Source of the DNA: an uncultured Actinomycetes bacterium
GTDB taxonomy: Bacteria; Actinomycetota; UBA4738; HRBIN12
NCBI GenBank assembly: GCA_963704885.1
Contig: CAVPIB010000007.1
Location: 192,001 to 256,000, forward strand
DNA length: 64,000 nt
Reading direction: 5' to 3'
This document shows, piece after piece, positions 48,615 to 58,237 of this stretch. A program made the translations under genes and the position numbers. Under the pieces are notes generated by a model that was given only the letters and a program-made list of their open reading frames with translations, did not search any database and had not been told where the DNA came from. Each line of letters starts with the position of its first letter. Within the stretch, counting starts at the first letter, position 1.

Positions 48615-49838
48615 TCAGCTGCTTCCCGTGACCTTGGCACGAGGTCGCTCGAAGCGTCCGAAGATGGCGATCATGCCGAGGAGGATCATTCCCGGGACGA
48701 ACAACCATGGTGCGCGTTCCGCCCACCATCGTGCCGTGCTGTCCGTCTCGTGGCCGAATCCGAGCGGCCAGAGCAGGAGCACGGCAAGCAGGTAGGCGGT
48801 CATGTGCCAAAGGAACAGTGTCATGATCACGCCGTTCACGGCGATCGTGAACGTCCACGGCCGCCGGCGTTGGAGCCATCTAGAGAGCCGGGGCCGAAGC
48901 AGCATCACCGCGCCGATCGACCACACGCCGCCGAGCATGAAGCAGACCGTGGGTGGGTAGGCGTTCGACACGGCCTCGATGTCCGTGCCGAGCAGGCTCT
49001 TCGGGTAGGTGCCGATCCCTGGGAACCAGGAGTAACGGATGTCGCCGAACAGCTTCCACAGGGGAGGGTTCGTCAGAAGGATCAAGCCCGAGAGGCCCGC
49101 GACGACCATCGCCCAGAACGCCCTGCGGGGCCATCGCGTCATGCTCTCATCGCCGTAAGCGTGTCCTAGCTGATGTGGGAACAGCAGGACGAACGCCACG
49201 TTTGCCCAGCGAGCGAGGGGATGTCCGCCCATGAACCCGATCGCATCCGTGAGGAACGCTCCTGCGACCATCGCCGCCGGGACCCAGAGCCCGAAACGTC
49301 GGTGCAGGGCGATCGTCCACGGCGAGATGCAGACGACCACGACGTAGACGGCCAGGAACCAGAGGGGGCCGAACGGGATCGTCGCGCCCGGCGGGAGCAT
49401 TCCGCGCAGCAGTCTGGTGTCTCCCCAAAGAGGCGGTCCCGCGGTGGCGCCTATGTCGGCTAGGTGCAGCGCGATCTGTACGACGGCCCATACACCCAGG
49501 AACACGAGCGACGGGCGCAGGAGCCGTGCGAGACGGTCACGGACGAACGCGCCGGTCGACTTGCCTCGCTCCTGATAGGAATCGAACGCTACGAGGTTAG
49601 AGAAGCCACCCACGAAGAAGAAGATCGGCATCACCTGGAGGAACCAGGTCGCCAGCCAGAGCCACGACGTGAGGCCGATCGCACTGGTCGATCGGATGAA
49701 CCCGTGATCCCAAGCGATCATCGCGATCGTCCAGTGGCCGACCACGACACACAGGATGCTCACTGCACGCAGGAAGTCGACATAGCGATCCCGCGTTGCG
49801 GGGGTCCGATCGGCCAGCTCGCCGATGCTCGCCGTCAT
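48615..49838 (-). CDS. Acyltransferase family 3 membrane protein
   Basis: RDRYVDFLRA...VGHW, QVMPIFFFVGG, LWFL, MTLFLWH. Confidence 0.88.
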   Translation of the reverse strand: MTASIGELADRTPATRDRYVDFLRAVSILCVVVGHWTIAMIAWDHGFIRSTSAIGLTSWLWLATWFLQVMPIFFFVGGFSNLVAFDSYQERGKSTGAFVRDRLARLLRPSLVFLGVWAVVQIALHLADIGATAGPPLWGDTRLLRGMLPPGATIPFGPLWFLAVYVVVVCISPWTIALHRRFGLWVPAAMVAGAFLTDAIGFMGGHPLARWANVAFVLLFPHQLGHAYGDESMTRWPRRAFWAMVVAGLSGLILLTNPPLWKLFGDIRYSWFPGIGTYPKSLLGTDIEAVSNAYPPTVCFMLGGVWSIGAVMLLRPRLSRWLQRRRPWTFTIAVNGVIMTLFLWHMTAYLLAVLLLWPLGFGHETDSTARWWAERAPWLFVPGMILLGMIAIFGRFERPRAKVTGSS

Positions 49839-49847
49839 GGGTCAAGT

Positions 49848-50534
49848 TCACGCGTCTCGGCGCGTCAGGTCAAGGGGCGAGGGCCATCGACCGTGGGAGA
49901 GCGTGTGTGCGTATGCGACGAGCGCGACGGCCACCAGGATGTGCCAGATCGCATGCCACTGGAACAAGCTCTCGGGCCGGCAGAGCGGCGAGCCCGTCTG
50001 GCCCAACAGATATGCGACTCCACCCAGCGCGATCGCGGCCAGACCAACCTTGCGGGCGAGGGCTCCACGCCGGAGACCCTCGGACCGGCGGGTTCGGCGA
50101 TCGCCGGAGAGCGTCGTGACCTCGCCTAGGACCGCGCCCGCGGCCAAGGTGCCTGCGAACGGATCCGACGCGCCGTTGATGGCGGCAAGGCCCAGTCCGA
50201 TGGCGACGAGACCGATCGCGTAGCCACCCGCCTGTATGCCTGGACGCCACCCAAGGATGTGTCCGAACGCGCGGACCGCGATGAAGAGCAGGACGGCCAT
50301 GATCGCGGCGTCGTGCGCCCACTGCGCCCAAGAGGGATCGGGACCGTGAAGCGCGAAGCTCCCAACGCCGTTCGCGGCCACCGCGAGCGCGAGCACCAGC
50401 AGGGCGGTGCGCGTCGTGCCTTCGCGCCGGAACGCGAAGATCAGGATGCAGCCGGCGGCGACCAGGAACGCCATGCTAGATAGGGCGTTCGTGGGTTGGT
50501 GGAGGAAGCCCGAGACGATGAGTTCGCAGTCCAT
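49848..50534 (-). CDS. Ceramidase-like (CREST superfamily) membrane hydrolase
   Basis: DCE...QPTNALSS, S.ALH, HD, WHAIWH Zn-type motifs. Confidence 0.72.
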   Translation of the reverse strand: MDCELIVSGFLHQPTNALSSMAFLVAAGCILIFAFRREGTTRTALLVLALAVAANGVGSFALHGPDPSWAQWAHDAAIMAVLLFIAVRAFGHILGWRPGIQAGGYAIGLVAIGLGLAAINGASDPFAGTLAAGAVLGEVTTLSGDRRTRRSEGLRRGALARKVGLAAIALGGVAYLLGQTGSPLCRPESLFQWHAIWHILVAVALVAYAHTLSHGRWPSPLDLTRRDA

Positions 50535-50647
50535 GGCCGTTCAGTCATCATCGCACCCCGAGCGCCGTGGCTATCACTCGATCCCTCGCCAAGGATGGCT
50601 GGTTTCCCTGATGCTTTGGTCGACCCGACCTGTCAGACTCCCGACCG

Positions 50648-52039
50648 ATGGAGGGGCCGGCGCCAAGCGCGCCCGCTCGGTCGAGTGCCCTCGATCTAGC
50701 CTCCGCAACGCCCGCTACGCGGAACCGCTACGTCGACCTGATCCGTGTCGTCTCGATCGGGGTCGTCGTTCTGGGTCATTGGACGATGGCCGTCCTGGGT
50801 TACTCCGACGGCTCGTTTACAGGTAAGAACCTCCTGGAGATCGCACCCGGGTTGCAGATCCTCACCTGGATCTTCCAGGTGATGCCGCTCTTCTTCATAG
50901 TGGGAGGCTTCTCGAACGCGGCCTCGTGGGTATCGGCATCATCTCGCGGCGAGTCGTACGGTGACTGGCTTCGCGCCCGGTCGACCCGGTTGCTCAGGCC
51001 TTCGCTCTGGTTCGTTGGCTTCTGGACGTTGTTCCCGGTGGCCGCCGTCGCGTCAGGGCTGCTGTCGTCAGGCGTCGCCAGGGTCGGAGGGGGCGAGGTG
51101 GCTCTCCCGACGTGGTTCCTCGGCGTGTACCTGCTCGCGATCCCCGCGGTGCCCCCGCTGCTGGCTGCGCACCGCAGGTTCGGGGCTCGCGTCCTGATCC
51201 CGCTCGCAGGGGGAGCGCTCCTGGTCGACTCGCTTCGGTTCGGGCTCGACGTGACCGCTCTGGGGGTGGCGAACTTCGCGTTCGTATGGCTCGCGATGCT
51301 CGAGCTCGGGTTCCTGTGGAAGGACGGGGTCCTGCGTCGACCCCCATGGCTCCCGTGGGCCATGGCCGGGGGCGGGCTCGCTTCGCTCGGGTTGCTGGTC
51401 GGTTTCTTCGATTACCCGGTGTCGATGATCGGGCTCACACACGGCATCCGGTCGAACACGCTTCCACCGTCTTCGGCCCTGCTCGCGCTCGGCGTGTGGC
51501 AGTGCGGCGCGATGTTGCTCTTCGAGCACGCGGCCAACCGATGGCTAGCGAAGACGCGTCCGTGGGCGGCGGTGATCGTCGCGAACTCCATGGTGATGAC
51601 CTTCTACCTGTGGAACATGACCGCGGTCGTCCTGGCTGCGGTCATCTTGTTCCCGACGGGGCTGGCACCGCAGCCGAACCAACTCAGCACGCCATGGTGG
51701 TGGCTGCGTCCGGCATGGATCGTCGCCTGCGCGATCTGCCTGGTGCCGTTCCTGCTGGCGTTCCGGTGGGCTGAGCGACCGGTTGGGGCAAAGGGGCGAT
51801 ATCCCAGTGGTGCCGCGGGTGTGGCGCTCGCCCTGGTGGGAACGGCGGCGGCCGCCGCAGGGTTCACGATCCTGACGACCCAGGCCTTCCCGGTACCCGG
51901 CGAGGTCGTGTTGATGCCATCGATCGGCGTCGCCTGCGTCGTGCTGGGCGCCGTGCTGCTGAAGGTGGATCCGATCGCCCCTCTACGCGCGGAGCGACGA
52001 GCGAGTCACTCCGGCGGCGCCTCTTCCTCCGTCTCTTGA
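50648..52039 (+). CDS. Acyltransferase family 3 membrane protein (paralog)
   Basis: RNRYVDLIR...LGHW, QVMPLFFIVGG, SN.LPP. Confidence 0.88.
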   Translation: MEGPAPSAPARSSALDLASATPATRNRYVDLIRVVSIGVVVLGHWTMAVLGYSDGSFTGKNLLEIAPGLQILTWIFQVMPLFFIVGGFSNAASWVSASSRGESYGDWLRARSTRLLRPSLWFVGFWTLFPVAAVASGLLSSGVARVGGGEVALPTWFLGVYLLAIPAVPPLLAAHRRFGARVLIPLAGGALLVDSLRFGLDVTALGVANFAFVWLAMLELGFLWKDGVLRRPPWLPWAMAGGGLASLGLLVGFFDYPVSMIGLTHGIRSNTLPPSSALLALGVWQCGAMLLFEHAANRWLAKTRPWAAVIVANSMVMTFYLWNMTAVVLAAVILFPTGLAPQPNQLSTPWWWLRPAWIVACAICLVPFLLAFRWAERPVGAKGRYPSGAAGVALALVGTAAAAAGFTILTTQAFPVPGEVVLMPSIGVACVVLGAVLLKVDPIAPLRAERRASHSGGASSSVS

Positions 52040-52284
52040 TCAGGGGCGCCGGCGAGCTTGGCCTCTAGGGCCTGGATCTCCTCGACGAGTTGGTCCGCTT
52101 CGGCGCCCGCGGGATCGCCTCCGCTCCGCTCTCTGACGATCAGATATCCGAGCTTCTCGGCGAGGCCGTCCGCCTTCTTGCGGGTCTGCGAGTGCTCGAC
52201 CTTGCCTTGAACCTGTGCCGTTCCCTTCTTAGCTTCCTCAGCGACCTTGCCGGCCGCTGCCTTCGCCTTGTCGAGCAGGCCCAT
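52006..52284 (-). CDS. Hypothetical coiled-coil protein
   Basis: MGLLDKAK start with RBS. Confidence 0.7.
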   Translation of the reverse strand: MGLLDKAKAAAGKVAEEAKKGTAQVQGKVEHSQTRKKADGLAEKLGYLIVRERSGGDPAGAEADQLVEEIQALEAKLAGAPDQETEEEAPPE

Positions 52285-52327
52285 AGATCCATCTCCCTTC
52301 GGTCGAAACCCTACGTGCTCCGGTCTT

Positions 52328-52861
52328 CTAGAGGTATCGAGCGGTCGACATCGCCAGGACGGCGAGGAGGAGCAGACCAAGGCTCAGCCGGGCCAACTTC
52401 TTGAGACGGTCCTGGATCGCTCCGATCTCGGCGGCAACCTCGGGCGACGGCGGGCCGCCCGACTCCGCGACCTGACGTCCGAGGCCCAGGAGCCGCATCA
52501 CGTTCGGGCGGGTGCCGAAGGCGCCGATCGCAAGTGCTGTGATCGAGGCGATCATGCCCACCGTCATGGTCGCTCCGAACGACGAGGTGACCCAGTCGAC
52601 CAAGGTCCCGTTCAGGTGCCAGTCGCGCCAGTAGAGGAACAGGCCGCCCACCACTGAGGTGAGTCCGAGGGCGATGATCCGGTCGACCAGGCGCCGTTTG
52701 CCCAGCAGCTCCGCCATGAAGGGAGCCCCGGCGGGCGCTATGGCGGCCACGCTGGGCTGAACGTAGACCACTAACAGGAAGACCGATCCGACCCAAAGGA
52801 CTCCGGCCAGGATGTGCACGATCCTGAACACGACCATGTACGGGGCGATCGCGAGCGTCAC
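52328..52861 (-). CDS. Hypothetical 4-TM membrane protein
   Basis: R.VHILAGVLWVG...MSTARYL. Confidence 0.8.
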   Translation of the reverse strand: MTLAIAPYMVVFRIVHILAGVLWVGSVFLLVVYVQPSVAAIAPAGAPFMAELLGKRRLVDRIIALGLTSVVGGLFLYWRDWHLNGTLVDWVTSSFGATMTVGMIASITALAIGAFGTRPNVMRLLGLGRQVAESGGPPSPEVAAEIGAIQDRLKKLARLSLGLLLLAVLAMSTARYL

Positions 52862-52917
52862 GTACTCACTCCGGCCGGAATCCTTCTCACTTCGGCGCTA
52901 TCCGTCGATGGCGCGTG

Positions 52918-53202
52918 CTACTTCGCCATGATCTTGCGGACCTCGTCCCCTTCGAAGGCGCGCATCGTCTGCGAGCGTACGTTCCCCAGGGACGAGACCT
53001 TGGCCAGGAACGCGACGGCGGTCTCGTCGTTGGCGAACTCGGTGATCGCCACCAGATCGCACTGACCCATCGTCCAGTAGACCTGGAGCGAGCCCCCCAT
53101 ATCGGCGGCGAGCTTCTGCGCGGCCTCCGCACGATCAACGGACTGGGCGGCGCTCTTGGCCCCCTCGTCGGTCCAGTTCAGCAGGCTGACGTACTTCGAC
53201 AT
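52918..53202 (-). CDS. GYD domain protein
   Basis: W.MGQ.D, GNVRSQTMRAF. Confidence 0.85.
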   Translation of the reverse strand: MSKYVSLLNWTDEGAKSAAQSVDRAEAAQKLAADMGGSLQVYWTMGQCDLVAITEFANDETAVAFLAKVSSLGNVRSQTMRAFEGDEVRKIMAK

Positions 53203-53273
53203 GCCGACCTCCCTTCCTCGGTCGAACCCATCCTAGGACAGTCGGCGAACGCGTGCCCAGGGGCGACCGGCCC

Positions 53274-56200
53274 CTAACCGCCCAGCATCCTGAACGGCTC
53301 TGGTGTGTACTCGCCGAGTACGCGGACCCACTCCTGGCTGAGCAGGTCCCGGATCACCGGATCGTCCTTCGATAGCCAGGACAGGTGTCGCAGGCCATGC
53401 TCGATCACCTGGATCACGTCTATCCGCGCGGGCGCGCCGTGCGAGCTTCCACGTGCCAGCTCTGCACGCTCGACGTCGTCCTCGGTCCAACCGACCGCGG
53501 TCTCCGGCACGACCGCCAGATAGGTGAGCACGACGCGGTCGCCCTCGGTTCGCCACGATGTTGAGTGAACGGCGATCGGCTCGAGCCCGCGGGACGCGAG
53601 CTGCGCCAGAACCACATCGCCCGGCTGCCCGTCCGCGGTGCTCGCCACGCGAAGCGGGTGATCCTGGCCGGCCGCTCGCAACCAATGGAGCGCGGATCCG
53701 CGGAGCAGCACGGGGAAGACCTCGACGATGCCGTCCCCTCGGCCGCGTTGGGCCAGATGCTCGATCGTGCGGATGCTGGCCTGAGCGGATGCGGCCTCGG
53801 GCGGCATCGTCTCCAGAGCTGTAGCCATACCGGCGATCACCCGGTCCGTCGTTCGTGAACTCCCGGCCAGGAACGACGCGAACGCTTCCGCGCTGAAGAG
53901 CACGACCCTGGTCTCCGGGTCGGCCTCAGCCCGCCAGGGGGGATCTACTCCGGCGAGCGTCTCGACGCCGAACACCTCACCCGGCCCGACGCGGGCGATC
54001 AACGCCTCGCCTTCCAGCAGCCGAACGAGGCCGGCGTCCACGCTGATGACGACCTGACCGGTATCGACCGGCCCACCGTCGACCAGGTCTCTCGCGTCGC
54101 CCTGGTCGGAGACGGCGGTGAGCACCGCGGCGTCCAGATCGGCGAACCACGCGTCCATCGGCGGCGCCAGCAGCGAAGCGACCGCGGGACGCGCGATGTA
54201 GCTGGCGCGGGTCTCATCGTCGGGAGCGGTTGCGGCGATCGCGCGGGCGATCTCGGCGGCCCGCGCGCGCGCGGCGGCGGCGGCCGTCATGTGTCCGTGG
54301 GTGGAGAGCGCGTCCGCCTGGAGGGCGGACGCGCGCCACTGCAGCATCCGGTCGCCGCGGCGTGCCGCCGCGGCGACCACCCCCCGGGCCACTTCTTCGA
54401 CATCCCCGCCTTCGCGGGCATCGGCCAGAGCCCTACCGTAGACAGCCCAGTCGGCCAGACCCAGCGCGTCGTCCCCGGCTCCCTCGGCCAGGTGCTCGGC
54501 CGCCGTCCTGATCGAGTTCGGATCGCCGTGCTCTTCGGCGCCGAGAAGCTCGATCCACGAGTTCCAAACGACATCGAGCTCGACGCCCCCCGCTTCTCGC
54601 AGACCCTCCGCGAAGAGATCGGCGGCCTTCGCGGGGTCGCCATCCATCAACGCGAACCAGCCCTCCCAGGCGAACGAGCGCGGCCTGTAGAACGATCCGC
54701 CGAGTGATGCGGAGATCTCCTCACACGTATCCAGGTCCGCGTGCAGCCGGTCGACGGCTCCCAGCTCCGCCCACGCATGCATCCGGACGGAGCGCTGGGC
54801 CAGGTCCATCCGGGGCGTGCGCATGTCGGCGGCCAGTTCGATCGCGTGGGTTGGGTCGACGGCGGCCGCCCCCAGATCGCCGAGGACGAGGTGCGCCATC
54901 CCTCGGGACATGGCGAACCCCTCGTCGCGTCGGTTGCCCAGCTCGCGACAACCTTCGATGGACTCGTCGAAGGCGGCCAGGGCCGCGTGCAGCTCCCCGC
55001 GGAGCCAGTGGGCCCAAGCCACCATGTAGAGGTTGTGGAACACCATGGGCCGCTGGCCCAGCGTCCGGAACGCGCGGTCGGCCTCTAGTCCGTCGGCGAG
55101 CGAGCGGGAGAACGGCCCGAGGAAGAACCGCGTCTCGCACAACCCGTGCAGCGACATGGCCTCGCCGAGCGCGTCCCCGTGCTCGCGCGCGACGCGGATC
55201 GCCTCCTGATGGTGGGCGAGCGCCTCGTCGAAGTGCGCGCGACCGAACGCGAGCGTCCCCGCCGTGTAGAGAAGGTGCGCAACCAGATCGTTGGCGCCCG
55301 CCGCGCGCGCGTGCTCGAGGGCGTGAGCCAGCACGCCCTCCCCTTCGTCGTAGCGATCCTCCAGCCACAGCACGTGCGAGAGCGCCGCGAGCGCCCGCGC
55401 CTCGTCGGCCGGCAACCCGGCGCGACCGGCTGCATCGCGCGCGGCCTCGTAGTCGGCTTGCGCCTCCTCGAACCGACCCAGTTGTTCCCGAACCTCGCCC
55501 CGGGACAAAAGCAGGCGGGCCAGCACGTCGTCGGCTCCGACCTGCGATGCGAGCGGGACCGCTCGGTCGTAACGGTCGATCGCCAGCTCTGCGGCGAACG
55601 TCTTGCGCGCTCGGTCGCCGGCGCGCATGAGCGCCGCCAGCAGCGGCTCCCGCAGAGACGCTTCATCGTCGGTCCGCCCGAGCTCCACGGCCAGGTCGGC
55701 AGCGAGCACCAGGTGCTGGGCGGTCGCGTCGGCCAGATCCTCGCCGCCCGCGTGTTCGTTCAGCCACTCGGCCACAGCTCGATGCTTGGACATCCGGACG
55801 GCTCGCGGGATGCTCGCGTAGGCGACGTCCCGCACCATGACGTGCCAGAAAGCGAGCTCCCTCTCGTTCGCCATCGTCGAGGGCGTCGAGGGTCGCACCA
55901 GCTCCCTGCGGATCAAGTCGTCGATCATCGAACCGACCTGCGTGGCATCTCGATCCGCGAGCGACGCGAGTACCCCCGGCCAGAACGTTCGACCGACCAC
56001 CGCGGCGTCCTGGACGAGCGACTTCACATCCGGTGACAGGGTGTCGAGCCGCGCGGCGACCAACGCCTGAACGGTCGCCGGCACCGCTGTAGGATCCGCG
56101 GCGCTCTCGCCCTCACGAACCGACGCGGCCAGTTGCTCGGCGTAGAGCGGGCTGCCTCCCGCCCGTTCGAGGACGGCCGCGGTCATCTCGGGAGAGGCAT

Positions 56201-57578
56201 CCGGCAGCACGGTCGAGACGAGCGCGGCGACATCCCGGTCGGCCAGTGGCGGCAGGGACAGGACCGTGGAGCGGCGCGCGCGCGCGAACCACGACGGGTG
56301 TCGGTCCTCGACCGCGGGTCTGGCCGTCACGATCACCAGGAGCGGGAGCCCCGCGGTCCGATCGGCGACGTCGGCCAGGAACCCAACGAGAGCATCGTCG
56401 GCCCAGTGCAGGTCCTCGATCACCACGACCGCGGGGCCGTCCGCGGCGAGCGACTCCAGGAAGGTCCGCCATGCGGAGAACGTCTCCGCGCGATCCATGG
56501 CCGCCTCCGCGTCCAGACCGACCAGCGTCGCCAACCGCTCCTGGACCCACGGACGCCGGCCGGGCTCCACGCCGATCAACGCCTCCCGCAACTTGGTCTC
56601 CACCGCTTCCGGCGCATCGGTGTCCAAGATCCCTCCGTGCGCCTTCACGATCTGGGCGAGGGCCGCGAAACTGCCCCCGTCGCCGAACGGGAGGCAGCGA
56701 CCCTGACGCCAGACGGGGCCCGGCGCAGCCTCGGAAGTGGCACGAGCAAGCTCACGGACCAACCGCGACTTGCCCATCCCCGCGTCCGCCACGATCGTGA
56801 CGAAGCTAGTGGACGGATCTTCCGCCGCCCGTCGGTAGAGCTGGCTCAGCAGCCCAAGCTCAAGGTCCCGTCCGACCAGCGGACCGGCGTCCGAGACGTC
56901 CCCGCCAAGGGCGGATGTTCGCTCCCCGATCACCCGCCAGATCGGGACCGGGGCGGCCTTCCCCTTGACCGCCACGGGTTCCAGTGCCTCAAGCTCGAAG
57001 TCGCCGCGCGCGGCCCCGAACGTGGCCTCCCCGACGACGATCCCCATCTCGGGCGCGACACCCTGCAGCCGCGAGGCGGTGTTCACCGCGTCGCCGGTGA
57101 CGTAGCCCTCGCCGGCCTCGGGCCGCGCGTCCATGGCCACCAGAACCTCGCCCGTGTTGATGCCGATCCGCACGCGCAGGCCGTCGCCGGCCGTCCCGAG
57201 CGACCGCAGTATCGCAAGGCCCGCCCGGATCGCACGGTGCGGATCGTCCTCATGAGCGATCGGCGCGCCGAACACGGCCATCACGGCGTCCCCCACGAAC
57301 TTCTCGACGGTGCCGCCCAGCCGCTCGATCTCTCGGCGCAGTAGCTCGTGGTAGGGCTTCAGCAGCGATCGGACATCCTCAGGATCGGCCCCCTCGCTCG
57401 ATGCGGTGAACCCGACCAGATCGCAGAACAAGATCGTGACGACCTTGCGCTCGTCACCACGCGTCACCGGCTCCGTATCGGTCAGCCTCGAGCCGCAGCT
57501 GCCGCAGAAGCGGTTCCCGTCAGGGTTGGGTGCGCCGCACGAAGGGCAGCCGTCGGCCGAAGGTGGTCGATCCGTCAC
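53274..57578 (-). CDS. Zn-ribbon-adenylate/guanylate cyclase-STAND ATPase-TPR protein with cNMP-binding-like and extra C-terminal domains
   Basis: CPSC/CGSC, ERKVVTILFCDLVGFT, KFVGDAVM, VN.ASRL, AGMGKSRL, EDLHWAD, TPR-like repeats, GPGEVFG; start approximate (ORF extends to 57653). Confidence 0.9.
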   Translation of the reverse strand: MTDRPPSADGCPSCGAPNPDGNRFCGSCGSRLTDTEPVTRGDERKVVTILFCDLVGFTASSEGADPEDVRSLLKPYHELLRREIERLGGTVEKFVGDAVMAVFGAPIAHEDDPHRAIRAGLAILRSLGTAGDGLRVRIGINTGEVLVAMDARPEAGEGYVTGDAVNTASRLQGVAPEMGIVVGEATFGAARGDFELEALEPVAVKGKAAPVPIWRVIGERTSALGGDVSDAGPLVGRDLELGLLSQLYRRAAEDPSTSFVTIVADAGMGKSRLVRELARATSEAAPGPVWRQGRCLPFGDGGSFAALAQIVKAHGGILDTDAPEAVETKLREALIGVEPGRRPWVQERLATLVGLDAEAAMDRAETFSAWRTFLESLAADGPAVVVIEDLHWADDALVGFLADVADRTAGLPLLVIVTARPAVEDRHPSWFARARRSTVLSLPPLADRDVAALVSTVLPDASPEMTAAVLERAGGSPLYAEQLAASVREGESAADPTAVPATVQALVAARLDTLSPDVKSLVQDAAVVGRTFWPGVLASLADRDATQVGSMIDDLIRRELVRPSTPSTMANERELAFWHVMVRDVAYASIPRAVRMSKHRAVAEWLNEHAGGEDLADATAQHLVLAADLAVELGRTDDEASLREPLLAALMRAGDRARKTFAAELAIDRYDRAVPLASQVGADDVLARLLLSRGEVREQLGRFEEAQADYEAARDAAGRAGLPADEARALAALSHVLWLEDRYDEGEGVLAHALEHARAAGANDLVAHLLYTAGTLAFGRAHFDEALAHHQEAIRVAREHGDALGEAMSLHGLCETRFFLGPFSRSLADGLEADRAFRTLGQRPMVFHNLYMVAWAHWLRGELHAALAAFDESIEGCRELGNRRDEGFAMSRGMAHLVLGDLGAAAVDPTHAIELAADMRTPRMDLAQRSVRMHAWAELGAVDRLHADLDTCEEISASLGGSFYRPRSFAWEGWFALMDGDPAKAADLFAEGLREAGGVELDVVWNSWIELLGAEEHGDPNSIRTAAEHLAEGAGDDALGLADWAVYGRALADAREGGDVEEVARGVVAAAARRGDRMLQWRASALQADALSTHGHMTAAAAARARAAEIARAIAATAPDDETRASYIARPAVASLLAPPMDAWFADLDAAVLTAVSDQGDARDLVDGGPVDTGQVVISVDAGLVRLLEGEALIARVGPGEVFGVETLAGVDPPWRAEADPETRVVLFSAEAFASFLAGSSRTTDRVIAGMATALETMPPEAASAQASIRTIEHLAQRGRGDGIVEVFPVLLRGSALHWLRAAGQDHPLRVASTADGQPGDVVLAQLASRGLEPIAVHSTSWRTEGDRVVLTYLAVVPETAVGWTEDDVERAELARGSSHGAPARIDVIQVIEHGLRHLSWLSKDDPVIRDLLSQEWVRVLGEYTPEPFRMLGG

Positions 57579-57636
57579 GTTCGGGAGCCTAGCGACCGGG
57601 GGAGTGGAGCGTGAAGGACTCAGCTCTGGTCGGGGA

Positions 57637-58215
57637 TCACTCCACCGTGGCAAGGGCCTCGATCTGGGCGACCGTGCGGTCGAGCTCGTCGACCAGGCGG
57701 GATCCGAAACCGTCGAGCGAGCGATAGATGCCGACGAGCGTTCGGTAGTACCAGAGGGTCCCGTCCCTCCCGCCGGTGGATCGTTCGAACATCCCGACGC
57801 CTCCCGTGCGCAGATCCATCAGGATCGACCGCGCGTTGTGGACCTTGTCCGCCACCGAGACAAGGAGCGCGTCAGGTGGCGCGCTCGGCAGGTGCGCCAG
57901 GTAGGACTCCTTGCGCTGTCGCCATGGCGGCTTCGGCTCCTCCATCGTGTCGGTGCACGCCTCCACGATCTCGGCGACTTCTTGCCCGAATCGAACGCGG
58001 ATGTCCTCGAGCCGCGGAAGTCCACCCTGGTCCTCTACGGCGTCGTGCAGGAGCGCGGCGATGGCTTGGGTTTGGGTTCCACCCTCTTCGATCACCAGCG
58101 ACGCGACGCCCAGAAGGTGCGAGACGTAGGGGACCTCGCTCGCCTTCCGCGGCTGTGCTCGGTGGATGTCGGATGCGTAGATCAGCGCATCGTCGAAGTC
58201 CGATCCGAGCTTCAC
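57637..58215 (-). CDS. HD-domain hydrolase, RelA/SpoT (small alarmone hydrolase/Mesh1)-like
   Basis: H..Q.RK...PY..H, AALLHDAVED, ADK.HN. Confidence 0.85.
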   Translation of the reverse strand: MKLGSDFDDALIYASDIHRAQPRKASEVPYVSHLLGVASLVIEEGGTQTQAIAALLHDAVEDQGGLPRLEDIRVRFGQEVAEIVEACTDTMEEPKPPWRQRKESYLAHLPSAPPDALLVSVADKVHNARSILMDLRTGGVGMFERSTGGRDGTLWYYRTLVGIYRSLDGFGSRLVDELDRTVAQIEALATVE

Positions 58216-58237
58216 GACCGCAGACTATCCTTTGGCC

